In this document: positions 37,829 to 48,478 of the stretch, in pieces
Layout of the letters: each line of letters opens with the position of its first letter
How positions within the stretch are numbered: position 1 is the stretch's first letter
Assembly: GCA_964448085.1 (NCBI GenBank)
Contig: CAYUUX010000002.1
Location: forward strand, 30,519-94,518
Source of the DNA: an uncultured Gammaproteobacteria bacterium
GTDB lineage: Bacteria; Patescibacteriota; Microgenomatia; UBA10105; UBA927
Direction: 5' to 3'
DNA: 64,000 bases
Notes under the pieces: generated by a model
Told to the model about the DNA's origin: nothing
Seen by the model: only the letters and a program-made list of their open reading frames with translations
Databases searched by the model: none
Made by a program: the position numbers and the translations under genes

Positions 37829-40345
37829 TTAGTCCTTAATAAATGTGACCGCGAAAGCGTCACTTTCAAACATCGTGCTATTGTACTCGAGAAACCCATT
37901 GTTTGCAAGTGTAGGAGAACCACCATTAGCTGGTATTGCTTGCCACGAGGTGGGATAGGTTATTCTTGTTGTTGTCGGTATCGTATCTATTCCCGGTTGT
38001 TTTTGTGTATAGACCGATACGTTGAATTGATTTTTTTTGATCAATGCGGTTATATCTCGTTCATACCGAATTTCGATAACAGACTCTCCGCCTTGTTTTG
38101 TGTCTGCCGCAAGCCCGATGACGGTATAGGAGGGATGAGAAATTGTGTCCAGTTCACCATATGGCAACAAGAGAGATGTATTTTTTCCTGTTCCTTTTTT
38201 GGGAACCGATACGTCATTGATCCGAAACAAGGTGATGTGCGCATCACGGGGAACGAATGCGCGCATATACATTCGATACAATCCGCTCCCCTGTTCATCC
38301 TTGCTTGTGTTCCGTATCGTTCTGGTGATGGTTTCAGTCAAACGGCCGTTTTCCTCAATTTCAATATGGCGCAAATCTTTTCTCGAGACAAAATAATTTG
38401 CCTTGTTTACTCCTAAGTTTGCTTCATTAAATATGTGTGGAAGTTGTATACAGGAATCTGCATCTTCGTATGCACAACGTGTGTTCTCGGGTATTGTGGC
38501 AAGCCAACTAAACTGAGTTACGAGCTGTTGCGGCTCACGCTCTTGAAGATATAGTTGAATATCGTGAGAATCCAGCGCCGCTTTCAACAGCCGGAAGAGT
38601 GCCATTGGTGCATTCTGTTTAACCAATTGTGTCAATATCCCAGATAATAACGTTCCCAGGAAATCCTTTTTTTGTGTGGATCCCGGAAAGAAATCTTCTT
38701 GTGTGTATTGCAACGATTTGGAAAAAAAGTTTGTTGCGTCAATGACGTCTCCAGAATCCGATAACTGGATAGGACCGGTCACTTCTAATATTTTGGCGAT
38801 GAGCGAAGCATTGAGAGCAATGACAGCATTTGCGGTTTCCCCCGTTTCCTTTTCATAAAACCACAAAGCGCGTTTTGCAGATTCAATGAAATCCGGATTC
38901 CAGTTGCTATCCCGAAGATACCAATGTTCTTGTTTTAATATATCGCGGATCGGTTCCGGAGGGTCGACGTGTCCTTTGAGTTGCCCGTCAATCGTATAAA
39001 TGTCCTGGATTTCCATATTGGTCATTTTCCCCTCTGTAATTGTGAGTTTCATGAATGAGCCAATGAATCCACCAGTTGGTCGTAATTCCATATTGTTTTG
39101 TAACAATATCAAGAATGTATATGGGGATTTATATCCTGATATGTAGGGATACAACAGCAGTACGCGTTCTGCCGTTACTATTGCACTTTGCAGGTCGTCA
39201 ATTATTTGTATCCCCTTCTCCAAAAATGGTTCTGCAGGAAGCGTGCGAAGGAATATGGGAGGGTGTTTTTGTATTTTCTCCATCAGCGCATGTGTGACGT
39301 CGACGTGCGTGTGAAGCGTGAGCAGTTCTATTTTTATCTGTTCTAACGCAAGAACGTTAGAAGTGTTCTCTTCCAAAAGACTCCCAATATTTTTCCATGA
39401 CATGATTAGTGGTGTCACTTGGGTGCTTATTCGGTTAAGCGAGGTTTCGATGGTGATAATTTTTTCATACACAGCCAGAAGCGTGTGTTCTGGTTCTGTT
39501 GAAAAAGATGGTGCAATGATTCGTATCGGGAATTCAAGTATTTGAAGACCGGTGTTTGCCAGGATAAGTGATTTATCTGCGTAGCGAGTCCACGAACTGG
39601 TACAGGAATTCTGTTTAGCAATGCAAGAGGCCCCCAGTTTTAAAAAATATGGCGTTGTGATGTTGCCTATTCCGTAAAAAAGTATTGGAAGAGCGAAGAG
39701 GACGAGTATGCACACGCCTATGATTTTTTTTCTACCGGTTTTTTTAGTCAACCGCTTGGATACCATGGGTTTTTGTTGGTTTGTTGGTTTATATACAGAC
39801 TGTACAGTTTTTTGTATGCGTTGCTCATTTTCTATTTTTTCCACTTCTGATTTTTGTATAAATTGGTCACGTAAGTTTGGGTTATTCTTTGCGTACGTTT
39901 CCAAAGGAATTGATTGTTTTTGATAGGGTGTTGTTTGTAGGTCCTCAATTTTTGTTGAGCCGACAAAAAAAATATTCATTATTGTGTTAAGAAGCTGAGG
40001 TGAAATATTTGTCGGATCAACGAGAAGTATTTTTCGATCACTTCGTATAAACTCCTGTGCGCGCTCGTATTCTGTTTGCCAAAGAAGAAGCAACACTTTT
40101 TCTCCATGAATATGGTAGGTTCCGAGAATTTTTTTCACGAATTCATAATCACCCGCTATGATGTGATAGGTGCAAGAAAGTGTCGGCGACGCGTTGACGA
40201 ACGTTTGACAACCGTTTATAGAAAAAAATTCCCGTATCGGTATTACATACCCCTCATCCATCGCATCAATACGCACTATCGGAAGTGATATGGAATTTAT
40301 TGTTGACGTCCTTTTTCCCGGGTTTTGCATAGGAGAATGCTTCAA
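37829..40345 (-). CDS. DUF4012-domain membrane-anchored protein
   Basis: LLQNNMELRPTGGFIGS, LRDSNWNPDF and NKANY motifs. Confidence 0.8.
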   Translation of the reverse strand: MKHSPMQNPGKRTSTINSISLPIVRIDAMDEGYVIPIREFFSINGCQTFVNASPTLSCTYHIIAGDYEFVKKILGTYHIHGEKVLLLLWQTEYERAQEFIRSDRKILLVDPTNISPQLLNTIMNIFFVGSTKIEDLQTTPYQKQSIPLETYAKNNPNLRDQFIQKSEVEKIENEQRIQKTVQSVYKPTNQQKPMVSKRLTKKTGRKKIIGVCILVLFALPILFYGIGNITTPYFLKLGASCIAKQNSCTSSWTRYADKSLILANTGLQILEFPIRIIAPSFSTEPEHTLLAVYEKIITIETSLNRISTQVTPLIMSWKNIGSLLEENTSNVLALEQIKIELLTLHTHVDVTHALMEKIQKHPPIFLRTLPAEPFLEKGIQIIDDLQSAIVTAERVLLLYPYISGYKSPYTFLILLQNNMELRPTGGFIGSFMKLTITEGKMTNMEIQDIYTIDGQLKGHVDPPEPIRDILKQEHWYLRDSNWNPDFIESAKRALWFYEKETGETANAVIALNASLIAKILEVTGPIQLSDSGDVIDATNFFSKSLQYTQEDFFPGSTQKKDFLGTLLSGILTQLVKQNAPMALFRLLKAALDSHDIQLYLQEREPQQLVTQFSWLATIPENTRCAYEDADSCIQLPHIFNEANLGVNKANYFVSRKDLRHIEIEENGRLTETITRTIRNTSKDEQGSGLYRMYMRAFVPRDAHITLFRINDVSVPKKGTGKNTSLLLPYGELDTISHPSYTVIGLAADTKQGGESVIEIRYERDITALIKKNQFNVSVYTQKQPGIDTIPTTTRITYPTSWQAIPANGGSPTLANNGFLEYNSTMFESDAFAVTFIKD

Positions 40346-40442
40346 GCGGCATCAGTATTATGACAAAAAGAAAAGACGAAAACAACATTAATTTTTATCA
40401 GGTGAATTATACTTTCTTGTATAATCGCACATGAGAAGTGTT

Positions 40443-40862
40443 TTAGCGCATGTATTCGTCGAGGGATTTATTAACAAAGAAATCTGCACGAGCGTTTTGT
40501 TCACGAGGGATATTCTTGTAAAGTATTTTTGCACCGATATTTTGTTCGAGTGTGTGAACTCGAAATGAAAGCTCTCGTAATTTTGCATCCTTAATTTTAA
40601 ACAACCCATTTAACTGATTGACGACCAACAACGAATCAAGAAAACAGGTGACCAATGCATCTTTTTCTATATCCATTTCTCGGAGTGATTCAAATGCGTA
40701 AATGACTGCGGTGTATTCAGCAACATTATTTGTTGTTTCCCCTATATATGCACCAAATTCCTTAATCATCACCCCATTCTTTTTTATTGTTATTCCGACC
40801 GCGGCGGGACCAGGATTTCCTCTGGCTCCCCCATCCGTATTGATTGTGTATTGTGGATTCAT
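40443..40862 (-). CDS. rnhA: Ribonuclease HI family protein
   Basis: TDGGARGNPGPA, TNNVAEY, DSLLVVNQ and REQNARAD motifs. Confidence 0.92.
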   Translation of the reverse strand: MNPQYTINTDGGARGNPGPAAVGITIKKNGVMIKEFGAYIGETTNNVAEYTAVIYAFESLREMDIEKDALVTCFLDSLLVVNQLNGLFKIKDAKLRELSFRVHTLEQNIGAKILYKNIPREQNARADFFVNKSLDEYMR

Positions 40863-40865
40863 GCG

Positions 40866-42122
40866 TCAAGTATCGCGAGATGTTCTCGTCTTGTCAAGAT
40901 TGTTTACTGCGATTGTAGAGCACACAAGTACGAAAAGTTCAGAAATCACCGTGATCCACGCCGCTGCGATATACCCATAGAGGGGGACGAACAGTAGGTT
41001 GGCAATAATGTTTCCAACCATCGATATTCCGTAGATGCGAAGTAAACTCCCCTGTTTATTGCCAACAACTAGAAGCCACATCGTGAAAGATGTTAGGAAA
41101 AACACCGGAACGCCACCAAAAAGTATTTGCATGGGAATGCGACTTGCTGCAAATTCAGGACGAATATGATACAGAAGTGGTGCGGTCATCCAACCGATGT
41201 ACACAATGGCAATGGACGCGGCGAAAAGAAACAACAATGATTGTTGTTTTCTGCGGTGGAATAGATCCGCATCGTGTGATTTTTTCGCCTGTACTAACAA
41301 CGGGAAAACCGCGTTCATAAAAAAAGTAGGTATCACCAAAACTAATTCAAAAAATTTATAGGCGAGTCCATAGATACCGACTTCTTCAGTTGGTCTCGTA
41401 AGTGTAAGGATGAAACTGTCCGCATGGAAATATACAACGTTGCATATGAGAGTAAATCCTAGAGGGAGGGCGACGGTCAAAAGCTGTTTTGCTAACGTGC
41501 TATCCAATATAATATGAAACGTTGCGTCGAGCTTGTGTGCAAATATAAATGCAAGCGTGACGGTAAGAAGTGATCCAAAAAGCAGTATTCCCAATATATG
41601 ATTGAGTGATAGAGGAGTGATTTGTGATACAAGAAACACCGTTAAGAAGGAGAAAACCGCTCCTGCACCCACGGAAAAAGTAGAAAAAAGGTACCGAAGA
41701 TTTTTCTGGAAAATAGCGTTTGTTGTCGTAAGCAGTGCCTGTAAAAGAATGGAAGGAGTAAAAAGGATTATTCCGATTTTTACCGCCATTGCATACCCCT
41801 GACTTCCAGAGCTTGGGAGAATGAGCAGCAGGAGAAGCGCAAAGCACGCGGATACCACGCCGATGCACAAACGGAGAGTGAAGAGGGTATTGGTAAGCTG
41901 TTTTTTATTGTCGGCATTTACCAGTTGAACATATGCAGCATTGAGTCCAAAATCAGAAAAAAGGTAAAAGATTGCAACATAGGTAGTAATTTTTATGAAG
42001 TCGCCATAGCCCGCGACGCCCAGTTGTCTTGCCAACACCAAGCTGATCAGAAAGGTGAGACCGCCTGAAATTACTTTTCCAAGAATCTGCACGGCGGTAT
42101 TCCACAGGACTGTTTTTTTCAT
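40866..42122 (-). CDS. Wzx-type flippase/polysaccharide biosynthesis protein
   Basis: About 12 TM, ARQLGVAGYG, DFGL and EVGIYGLAYK motifs. Confidence 0.85.
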   Translation of the reverse strand: MKKTVLWNTAVQILGKVISGGLTFLISLVLARQLGVAGYGDFIKITTYVAIFYLFSDFGLNAAYVQLVNADNKKQLTNTLFTLRLCIGVVSACFALLLLLILPSSGSQGYAMAVKIGIILFTPSILLQALLTTTNAIFQKNLRYLFSTFSVGAGAVFSFLTVFLVSQITPLSLNHILGILLFGSLLTVTLAFIFAHKLDATFHIILDSTLAKQLLTVALPLGFTLICNVVYFHADSFILTLTRPTEEVGIYGLAYKFFELVLVIPTFFMNAVFPLLVQAKKSHDADLFHRRKQQSLLFLFAASIAIVYIGWMTAPLLYHIRPEFAASRIPMQILFGGVPVFFLTSFTMWLLVVGNKQGSLLRIYGISMVGNIIANLLFVPLYGYIAAAWITVISELFVLVCSTIAVNNLDKTRTSRDT

Positions 42123-42127
42123 TACGC

Positions 42128-43408
42128 CTATTGTATCAATTTTTTGGAGGAGGGAGCGAGAGTTGTGGCAAGAAGCACGGTGAGAAAAAGTTGCCCCTGT
42201 TGAAGTGTCCAGCTATAGTGGTCAACGAGCCCCAGAATGAGAAATGAAATAAGAGGAAGAGTATGAATGAGTGGGATGTGTTTCTTTTTTATCCTACTAA
42301 CATAGAATTTGCCAAGAATGAGGAGCAGTGTGAAGCCGACAAGTCCAGTTTCCACAATAATCAATGCCGGGACGGAATGAACCGGTTGAATGAAATAGAG
42401 ATGCTTAGCGTCAAGGACACTCGGAAGAAGAACAATAAATTGTCCCAAGCCGGTACCAAAGAGTGGATATGTTTTCCACAATTTACCAGTTATTCTTAAT
42501 AGCTCAATTCTTTCAATTACACTCTCGTTTGCTGCAAGCAACAAAGAAAAATACCTCAACGATATGAGTGTTACTCCTATCAGGAGTACACCGATAAGTG
42601 CTTTCCAAATCGGTGGTATTTTGTATTGCTTGCGCAGCATCAGGCTGATTCCGACTAGAGCAACGATCCAGGATGACCTACTGAATGTGCACGCAAGCGC
42701 GCACGACGCTATGCCAATGGTGATTGCGCTGAACATCTTGAAATACCGATTCCGCTCATTGGTTGCCGAATACATAAGTAGGGGAATGGTTATGGCAAGA
42801 AACCCCGCGAGCACATTTGGGTGTGGGAATGTTGCATACGGCCGCAACAATTCTGTACACGCTGACGACGTGAGCCAGCACCAATCCACTTTTGCAATTC
42901 CAGGAGTTGTACTCTGAAACGTTCGTTCTCCGACGAACCAGAAAATAGAACCAACACTATGTTGCAACGCAAACTGCACAATCGCAAGTATGGAGGAATA
43001 GAGCATCGGAATGATAAGGCATGCCGCTGTGAAGCGTAACGATATTTTTGTACGGTATATATACAATCCAAAGATGGCAAACTCAGCTATTTTTCCCCAT
43101 CTATATACGGCAACAAACGGACTTCGCGAAATCAAAATATTGATAATGATGCATGCCCCTATTGTACCGTACCATTTCCAGTTTGACCGGACCGACTTTG
43201 TTATCAATTGCCATATGTTTGTACGTTGATATAGCATCCACGAACATACCGTTGCACACATACAGATGTCAGTTACAAAGAGTGTGGGAGAGAGATAATC
43301 AATCCGTCTTCCAAGAACAAATGCCCAATCAGGCCAAAGATGCAATCCTAACTGAGAAGGGAGAAGTATGATTGTCAGAATGTATAACAGTCTATGAAGC
43401 GGCATCAA
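42128..43408 (-). CDS. O-antigen ligase family protein
   Basis: RPYATFPHPN, TFSRSSW, GTGLGQF and PVHS motifs. Confidence 0.85.
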   Translation of the reverse strand: MMPLHRLLYILTIILLPSQLGLHLWPDWAFVLGRRIDYLSPTLFVTDICMCATVCSWMLYQRTNIWQLITKSVRSNWKWYGTIGACIIINILISRSPFVAVYRWGKIAEFAIFGLYIYRTKISLRFTAACLIIPMLYSSILAIVQFALQHSVGSIFWFVGERTFQSTTPGIAKVDWCWLTSSACTELLRPYATFPHPNVLAGFLAITIPLLMYSATNERNRYFKMFSAITIGIASCALACTFSRSSWIVALVGISLMLRKQYKIPPIWKALIGVLLIGVTLISLRYFSLLLAANESVIERIELLRITGKLWKTYPLFGTGLGQFIVLLPSVLDAKHLYFIQPVHSVPALIIVETGLVGFTLLLILGKFYVSRIKKKHIPLIHTLPLISFLILGLVDHYSWTLQQGQLFLTVLLATTLAPSSKKLIQ

Positions 43409-43434
43409 GGACAGTATAAGAGGATATGCTTGCG

Positions 43435-43890
43435 TTATGCAACTTTCGGGGATATCACGAGTTTTCTCTCTTGCCCCAGTCCGGTTGATTCGGTCGATAC
43501 GCGATCATCTCCCTGGAGTGTGAGATGTATGACTCTTCGTTCAGCGGATGAAAGGTGTGCCAATTCCACTGGTCTGCCAGAAGAAATTGCTCTTTCTGCT
43601 GCGCGTTGCGCCATATACATAAGCGCTTCTTCACGTTTTTCTCGATAATCGCCGACGTTAACATACACTCGTTGCCACGCGCCAAGTTGTTTGGAAACGA
43701 TCATTCCTAAAAGCATCTGAAAGCTTTCCAATGTTTTACCATGAAATCCTATGAGAAGTCCTGTTTCTTCTGTATTGATGTTCACTCTATATGCTCCCGA
43801 TTCATCGATGTCTACAGAAACCGTACTGATGATGCCGATGCGCTCCAGAAGGTTTTCAGCTATTTCTTTAATTGTTGTTATTGGATCCAT
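43435..43890 (-). CDS. jag: Jag/KhpB RNA-binding protein (KH + R3H)
   Basis: LIGFHGKTL and ERRVIH motifs; located in the yidC operon. Confidence 0.9.
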   Translation of the reverse strand: MDPITTIKEIAENLLERIGIISTVSVDIDESGAYRVNINTEETGLLIGFHGKTLESFQMLLGMIVSKQLGAWQRVYVNVGDYREKREEALMYMAQRAAERAISSGRPVELAHLSSAERRVIHLTLQGDDRVSTESTGLGQERKLVISPKVA

Positions 43891-43891
43891 A

Positions 43892-44683
43892 TTATTTTCC
43901 TTTGTTAATTTGTAACTGCTGCATGATACCAAAAAGACCAAAGATATTCCAATATAGTGCGAGGCCAACAGGAAGCTGTAGTGCAAAGAACCCAAACATG
44001 ATTGGCGTAATAAACATCATTTGTTTCTGCATATCTGCCATTGTGTCCTGTTTCTTGTCCTTGTCGGTTTCTTGAGTTTTGACGGCAACAGCTGTGGTTT
44101 TTGGTGACATGAGTTTTGTTTGCCACAATTGAAGTCCTCCTGTAATGATCGGTATCATGAGAAGCCACCAGCCGTATTGTTGCCATTCTGCGGGTTTTAT
44201 CGCCAGGTTCGTTCCCAAAAAATGAATATCGAAATTTTGCACTTTCAAAAACGGAGCGTAGACAATCGCATTGATATCTTCGAGAAGTTTTGTGCCGTTT
44301 CCATTTCCCAGTACCTGATAAAATACATTGTACAAAGCGATCAGTATTGGAAATTGAATAAGTGTTGGCAAACAACCAGCTGCGGGATTCACTCCGTGTT
44401 CTTTATAGAGGGCAAGTTGTGCCTGTTGGAGTGCTTGTTTGTCGTCTTTGTGTTTTGCACTTAAGGCATCCAAATGCGGTTTCATATCCGCCATTTTTTT
44501 TGCGCTTTTTAATTGAGCATTCATCAAAGGATAGAGGAGAATTCGAACCGTGATCGTGAGAAGAATAATTGCGAAACCAAGAGGTCCTGGAAGTTGCAGC
44601 CATTCGCAGAATTTATAAAATACCACAAGCAAATTTGTGATTGGCCATATCAATAATTGATTCCAGATCGTCGGATTTGTCAT
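43892..44683 (-). CDS. yidC: Membrane protein insertase YidC (short form)
   Basis: AIILLTITVR, GVNPAAGCLP..IQFP and GLALYW motifs. Confidence 0.95.
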   Translation of the reverse strand: MTNPTIWNQLLIWPITNLLVVFYKFCEWLQLPGPLGFAIILLTITVRILLYPLMNAQLKSAKKMADMKPHLDALSAKHKDDKQALQQAQLALYKEHGVNPAAGCLPTLIQFPILIALYNVFYQVLGNGNGTKLLEDINAIVYAPFLKVQNFDIHFLGTNLAIKPAEWQQYGWWLLMIPIITGGLQLWQTKLMSPKTTAVAVKTQETDKDKKQDTMADMQKQMMFITPIMFGFFALQLPVGLALYWNIFGLFGIMQQLQINKGK

Positions 44684-44925
44684 AGGTGTTTCGGTATCGG
44701 ATCAAAGCCTCCAGGGTTCCAAGGATGACACCGGATAAGACGCTTCAATCCCAACCGCAGTCCGGTCATTATACCATAGCGATCGATCGCTTGATACGTG
44801 TATTCGCTGCACGTTGGTGTAAAACGGCACACTTTATCCGTTATCCACAGTGTCCGTGCAAGTCCTGTGTCAAGCGAAAGATATTTTTGATAGAAGCGGA
44901 TTGCCTTTAACAACGCCTTTTTCAT
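44680..44925 (-). CDS. yidD: Membrane protein insertion efficiency factor
   Basis: CRFTPTCSEY and RCHPWNPGGFDP motifs. Confidence 0.95.
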   Translation of the reverse strand: MKKALLKAIRFYQKYLSLDTGLARTLWITDKVCRFTPTCSEYTYQAIDRYGIMTGLRLGLKRLIRCHPWNPGGFDPIPKHL

Positions 44926-45266
44926 ATATTATCACCGCTTCTTCTCTTAAGCATTAGCGTAAGCTCTCTGAGAATATCAGACGTTTGTGTTTCTTGTATG
45001 TCTTTTTGAACAAACAAGATCAGATCCATGCTGCCAGAAGGATGTGATTGCAGCATCTGCATAAAGGCGGCATGGATTTTGCGTTTTATCCGGTTTCTTC
45101 CAACTGCTGTTTTTGCAACTTTCTTTCCTACGATTACCGCCATTTTGGTTTCTTTATTGTGCGTTGGAAGGAACTTGCAACTGAACTGATGTGTGAGCAT
45201 ACGGCTACCAGTTTTTTTTATGCGTGCAATATCTTGAGAAGACAACCTGTATCTTTGTGGAAGCAT
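44922..45266 (-). CDS. rnpA: Ribonuclease P protein component
   Basis: VGKKVAKTAVGRNRIKR motif; conserved synteny. Confidence 0.92.
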   Translation of the reverse strand: MLPQRYRLSSQDIARIKKTGSRMLTHQFSCKFLPTHNKETKMAVIVGKKVAKTAVGRNRIKRKIHAAFMQMLQSHPSGSMDLILFVQKDIQETQTSDILRELTLMLKRRSGDNI

Positions 45267-45309
45267 GATCGTATTATACCAACACCGTTTCGAAGATTGT
45301 ATAAAGCGC

Positions 45310-45450
45310 TTATACCGTCAGAATTTTTCTTCCGATAGCGCGACGGCGCTTGAGTACTCGACGTCCACCTTTGGTGCTCATCCGCTTTCGAAATCCATGC
45401 GTACGTGCACGTTTTATTTTGCTTGGTTGATAGACACGCTTTGTTGCCAT
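45310..45450 (-). CDS. rpmH: 50S ribosomal protein L34
   Basis: [23 protein letters not shown] motif. Confidence 0.97.
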   Translation of the reverse strand: MATKRVYQPSKIKRARTHGFRKRMSTKGGRRVLKRRRAIGRKILTV

Positions 45451-45521
45451 AGTCGGATTATTATACTGAACATTTCTTTGTTTTTCAATACGACGTATAT
45501 GGAAAATGATACAATATGGCC

Positions 45522-46598
45522 ATGCGACTCGGCGCATTACACCTGACATTTTTCAGGAATTACAAAAAACGCACATTCTCATTTGACGCACCAATTGTCC
45601 TTTTTGTTGGGGAAAACACCATAGGCAAAACGAATATTTTAGAAGCGATTTCGGTGCTTTCCGTCGGAAAGAGCTTTCGTGCACAGAAGGACAGTGATAT
45701 GGTTTTTTGGGGAAGCGAAGTGGGGCGCGTGCGGGGAGAGATTGTACGGGTCGTCGACAATACACAGGATGTTCTTTTATTGGAAATTGTCCTGACGACA
45801 GGATCGGTTGGAGGTCGCAAGACACACGTTAAAAAATATCTGGTAAATGGCGTAGCGCGCAGACAGGTCGATTTTATTGGGAATTTTCGTTCAGTCCTTT
45901 TTTCTCCTACGGACTTAGAATTGGTCACAGACAGTCCGAGCGTACGACGGGAATTTCTTAACGGTGTTTTGGTGCAGACGGATCGGGAGTATCGGAGAAG
46001 TATGTATTCCTATGAACGGGGATTGCGGCAGCGCAACTCTTTATTGGATCGTATCCATGAGGGAAGCGCGTCACCATCACAGCTTCTTTTTTGGGATCAT
46101 CTACTGATTAAAACCGGTGCGTATATTACGCAAACTCGCGAGTCTTTTATCGACTACATTAACAAGACAGCAAAAGACGATCTTTCATATAAACTTGTGT
46201 ATGATCCGAGCATCATATCGGAGACGCGTTTGGCACAATACGCTCAAGAGGAAATTGCCGCGAAGACCACTTTAATTGGTCCACAACGAGATGACTTCCG
46301 TTTTGAAAAATTGGGACGGGGGAGCACATCCATTGATATATCCCGTTTTGGATCACGCGGCGAGCAACGGCTTGCGATTCTTTGGATTAAGCGGGCGGAG
46401 CTTGCATACATAGAAAAACAAACGGGAGAACGCCCCGTGTTGCTCCTTGATGATATTTTTTCGGAACTGGACGATAAAGGAAAACATATTGTTCTTGACA
46501 CCATTACAAAACAGCAAACCATTATTACTTCGGCGGAAGACGACACGCAACGTCTTTTGGAAAAGACACACGAAGCACAGACCATTCACTTACCATAA
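45522..46598 (+). CDS. recF: DNA replication/repair protein RecF
   Basis: [33 protein letters not shown] and [11 protein letters not shown] motifs. Confidence 0.93.
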   Translation: MRLGALHLTFFRNYKKRTFSFDAPIVLFVGENTIGKTNILEAISVLSVGKSFRAQKDSDMVFWGSEVGRVRGEIVRVVDNTQDVLLLEIVLTTGSVGGRKTHVKKYLVNGVARRQVDFIGNFRSVLFSPTDLELVTDSPSVRREFLNGVLVQTDREYRRSMYSYERGLRQRNSLLDRIHEGSASPSQLLFWDHLLIKTGAYITQTRESFIDYINKTAKDDLSYKLVYDPSIISETRLAQYAQEEIAAKTTLIGPQRDDFRFEKLGRGSTSIDISRFGSRGEQRLAILWIKRAELAYIEKQTGERPVLLLDDIFSELDDKGKHIVLDTITKQQTIITSAEDDTQRLLEKTHEAQTIHLP

Positions 46599-46624
46599 GA
46601 GAATGCGTACAATATACACATACC

Positions 46625-47413
46625 ATGTTTCATATTCGCGACACCATTCAGCTCCCCAACCCCACATCCCATAAAGGGCAGAACGGAAGGTTGCTTATCA
46701 TCGGAGGATCCGCGTTGTTCCATTCGGCAAGCATGTGGTCGTTGACTGTTGCGTCGCGAATCGTTGACCTTGTGCATTATTCGTCTATACCGGAAAACAA
46801 CAAGTTGATACAAAAAGCAAAAGAAGAATTTAGGAACTGTATTGTTGTTGGAAGGGAAGACATTGATGCATATATACAGGAGGATGACTGTATCCTCATC
46901 GGTCCCGGGATGACCAGAAGTGAAGAAACCGCCAGTCTTACCAACATTCTTGTGTCTTCGTATCCAAAAAAACGATGGGTCATTGATGCGGGGGCGTTGC
47001 AAATGATTGATCCACATCGTATCCCCCACGGATCAATTTTAACTCCACACCACAAGGAATTTGCATACCTGCAGGAGAAGACAACTGATGGTATCACGCC
47101 GGAATTGTTTGCCAAACAGTATCAGTGCATCATTGTCCAAAAGGGGACGGTGGATATTGTAACAAATGGAGAAGTTACGGAGCATATTTCTGGTGGGAAC
47201 GCCGGCATGACAAAGGGAGGGACCGGTGACGTATTATCAGGACTCATTGCCGCACTGGCAACAACCAATGCACCGTTTGCTGCAGCATGTGCCGGTTCGT
47301 ATATTAACAAACAAGCGGGGGATGATTTATATGTTCGTGTCGGGCCCTTTTATAATGCTACGGATCTTGCAAACCAAATACCACTTACCATGAAGCGATT
47401 GTTCGTCCCTTAG
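46625..47413 (+). CDS. nnrD: ADP-dependent NAD(P)H-hydrate dehydratase
   Basis: HKGQNG, IGPGM, DAGAL, TPHHKEF and GGTGDVLSG motifs. Confidence 0.9.
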   Translation: MFHIRDTIQLPNPTSHKGQNGRLLIIGGSALFHSASMWSLTVASRIVDLVHYSSIPENNKLIQKAKEEFRNCIVVGREDIDAYIQEDDCILIGPGMTRSEETASLTNILVSSYPKKRWVIDAGALQMIDPHRIPHGSILTPHHKEFAYLQEKTTDGITPELFAKQYQCIIVQKGTVDIVTNGEVTEHISGGNAGMTKGGTGDVLSGLIAALATTNAPFAAACAGSYINKQAGDDLYVRVGPFYNATDLANQIPLTMKRLFVP

Positions 47414-48177
47414 AGCGCAGCACCCTGAAACCCGGGGCAATTACTTTTTGCCCATTCAAGAAATTCTTGTGTACATTCAAATTTTATCCCGGCGGTATCC
47501 ACAGTTGGCATACAATCAACCCATTCAGTCTCAGGGCACGTAAACGCAGCATCCTGTTTTACGGTACAGTCTACCGCTATGTTATGCCAACAATCACTTT
47601 TGCTCCCTGATCCCGAAAAAATCCATTCTGGAGGCGTCCCCGGTTTTTTTTGGTCTATAGCTCCCCAATACCATCCTTGTTCTTTTTCAGACTCCAATAT
47701 CTGTGGAATGTCAGCGTTTTCCGTTGTTTTCTGTGCCGCAGTAATTGCGTTATAGAACTCCCACTCATCCACGTCTTTGCCAAGCAATGTGCAGATTCCC
47801 TGTTGGCCGTCGGGATTTTCTTTTATGGATGCGGTTCCGCCCATACATGTACAAAATGTTGTAGCAGGATTTGTAAGACACGATGTTTCCGCATTTTCTT
47901 CGCATGTAGTTTCTTGGATACATGCCGTTACATCGGGTGTTGGTGTTGGCACGGGTGTCTCATCAACGGTTTTTTGAAAACCAAACTTATCCTTGAGTAC
48001 AGTAAAAATACCGCGGCCAACCGACGGGGTCATATCCCACTTCGTTTCACCATTTTCCGTTATGCGTTGTTCCGGGATGGGAAGAAGCAAGAGTAATAGG
48101 ATATAGGCGACAAAACCAAACACGAGAATAAGTATTCTGGGACTTTTCTTTTCCGAGGGGGGATTGGCAGGATCCAT
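47410..48177 (-). CDS. Cys-rich membrane-anchored protein with DUF333-like module
   Basis: TM plus NPATTFCTCMGG...GICTL...DEWEFY and further Cys modules. Confidence 0.65.
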   Translation of the reverse strand: MDPANPPSEKKSPRILILVFGFVAYILLLLLLPIPEQRITENGETKWDMTPSVGRGIFTVLKDKFGFQKTVDETPVPTPTPDVTACIQETTCEENAETSCLTNPATTFCTCMGGTASIKENPDGQQGICTLLGKDVDEWEFYNAITAAQKTTENADIPQILESEKEQGWYWGAIDQKKPGTPPEWIFSGSGSKSDCWHNIAVDCTVKQDAAFTCPETEWVDCMPTVDTAGIKFECTQEFLEWAKSNCPGFQGAAL

Positions 48178-48193
48178 ATACTGTTAGTATACA

Positions 48194-48454
48194 CTACTTT
48201 TGAAATTTTTTGTCTACCTTCATCAGAAGATAGGTTACAAGTACCGCAAGCACAGTTACGACAATTGCGTAGATCGCAAGGGAGACGATGACACTTCCTT
48301 TTGGGACAAACGGTTTTATATACGTATTTACTATTTCTTCGATGAAGGAATTCCACGCAAGCGCTGCGACCAAACCGAAGGCAGCCGTGGACAGTGCTAT
48401 CATCTGTTTGAGCATCGCTCGAGCCATCCCTTTGGATTGTTTTTTGGCTTCCAT
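48194..48454 (-). CDS. DUF5654-like small membrane protein
   Basis: TAAFGLVAALAWN and YAIVVTVLAV motifs. Confidence 0.75.
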   Translation of the reverse strand: MEAKKQSKGMARAMLKQMIALSTAAFGLVAALAWNSFIEEIVNTYIKPFVPKGSVIVSLAIYAIVVTVLAVLVTYLLMKVDKKFQK

Positions 48455-48478
48455 ACCGCTATTATATACTATAGACAT

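Noticed and set aside
37784-38416. Long antisense or overlapping ORFs (this 210-aa ORF, also 25504-26154, 33668-34228, 62130-62705)
   Set aside because: They lie opposite well-supported genes and carry no recognisable motifs.
44841-44849. Perfect DnaA box TTATCCACA near rpmH as a sign of oriC
   Set aside because: It is a single copy inside the yidD coding sequence, with no cluster or AT-rich unwinding element.
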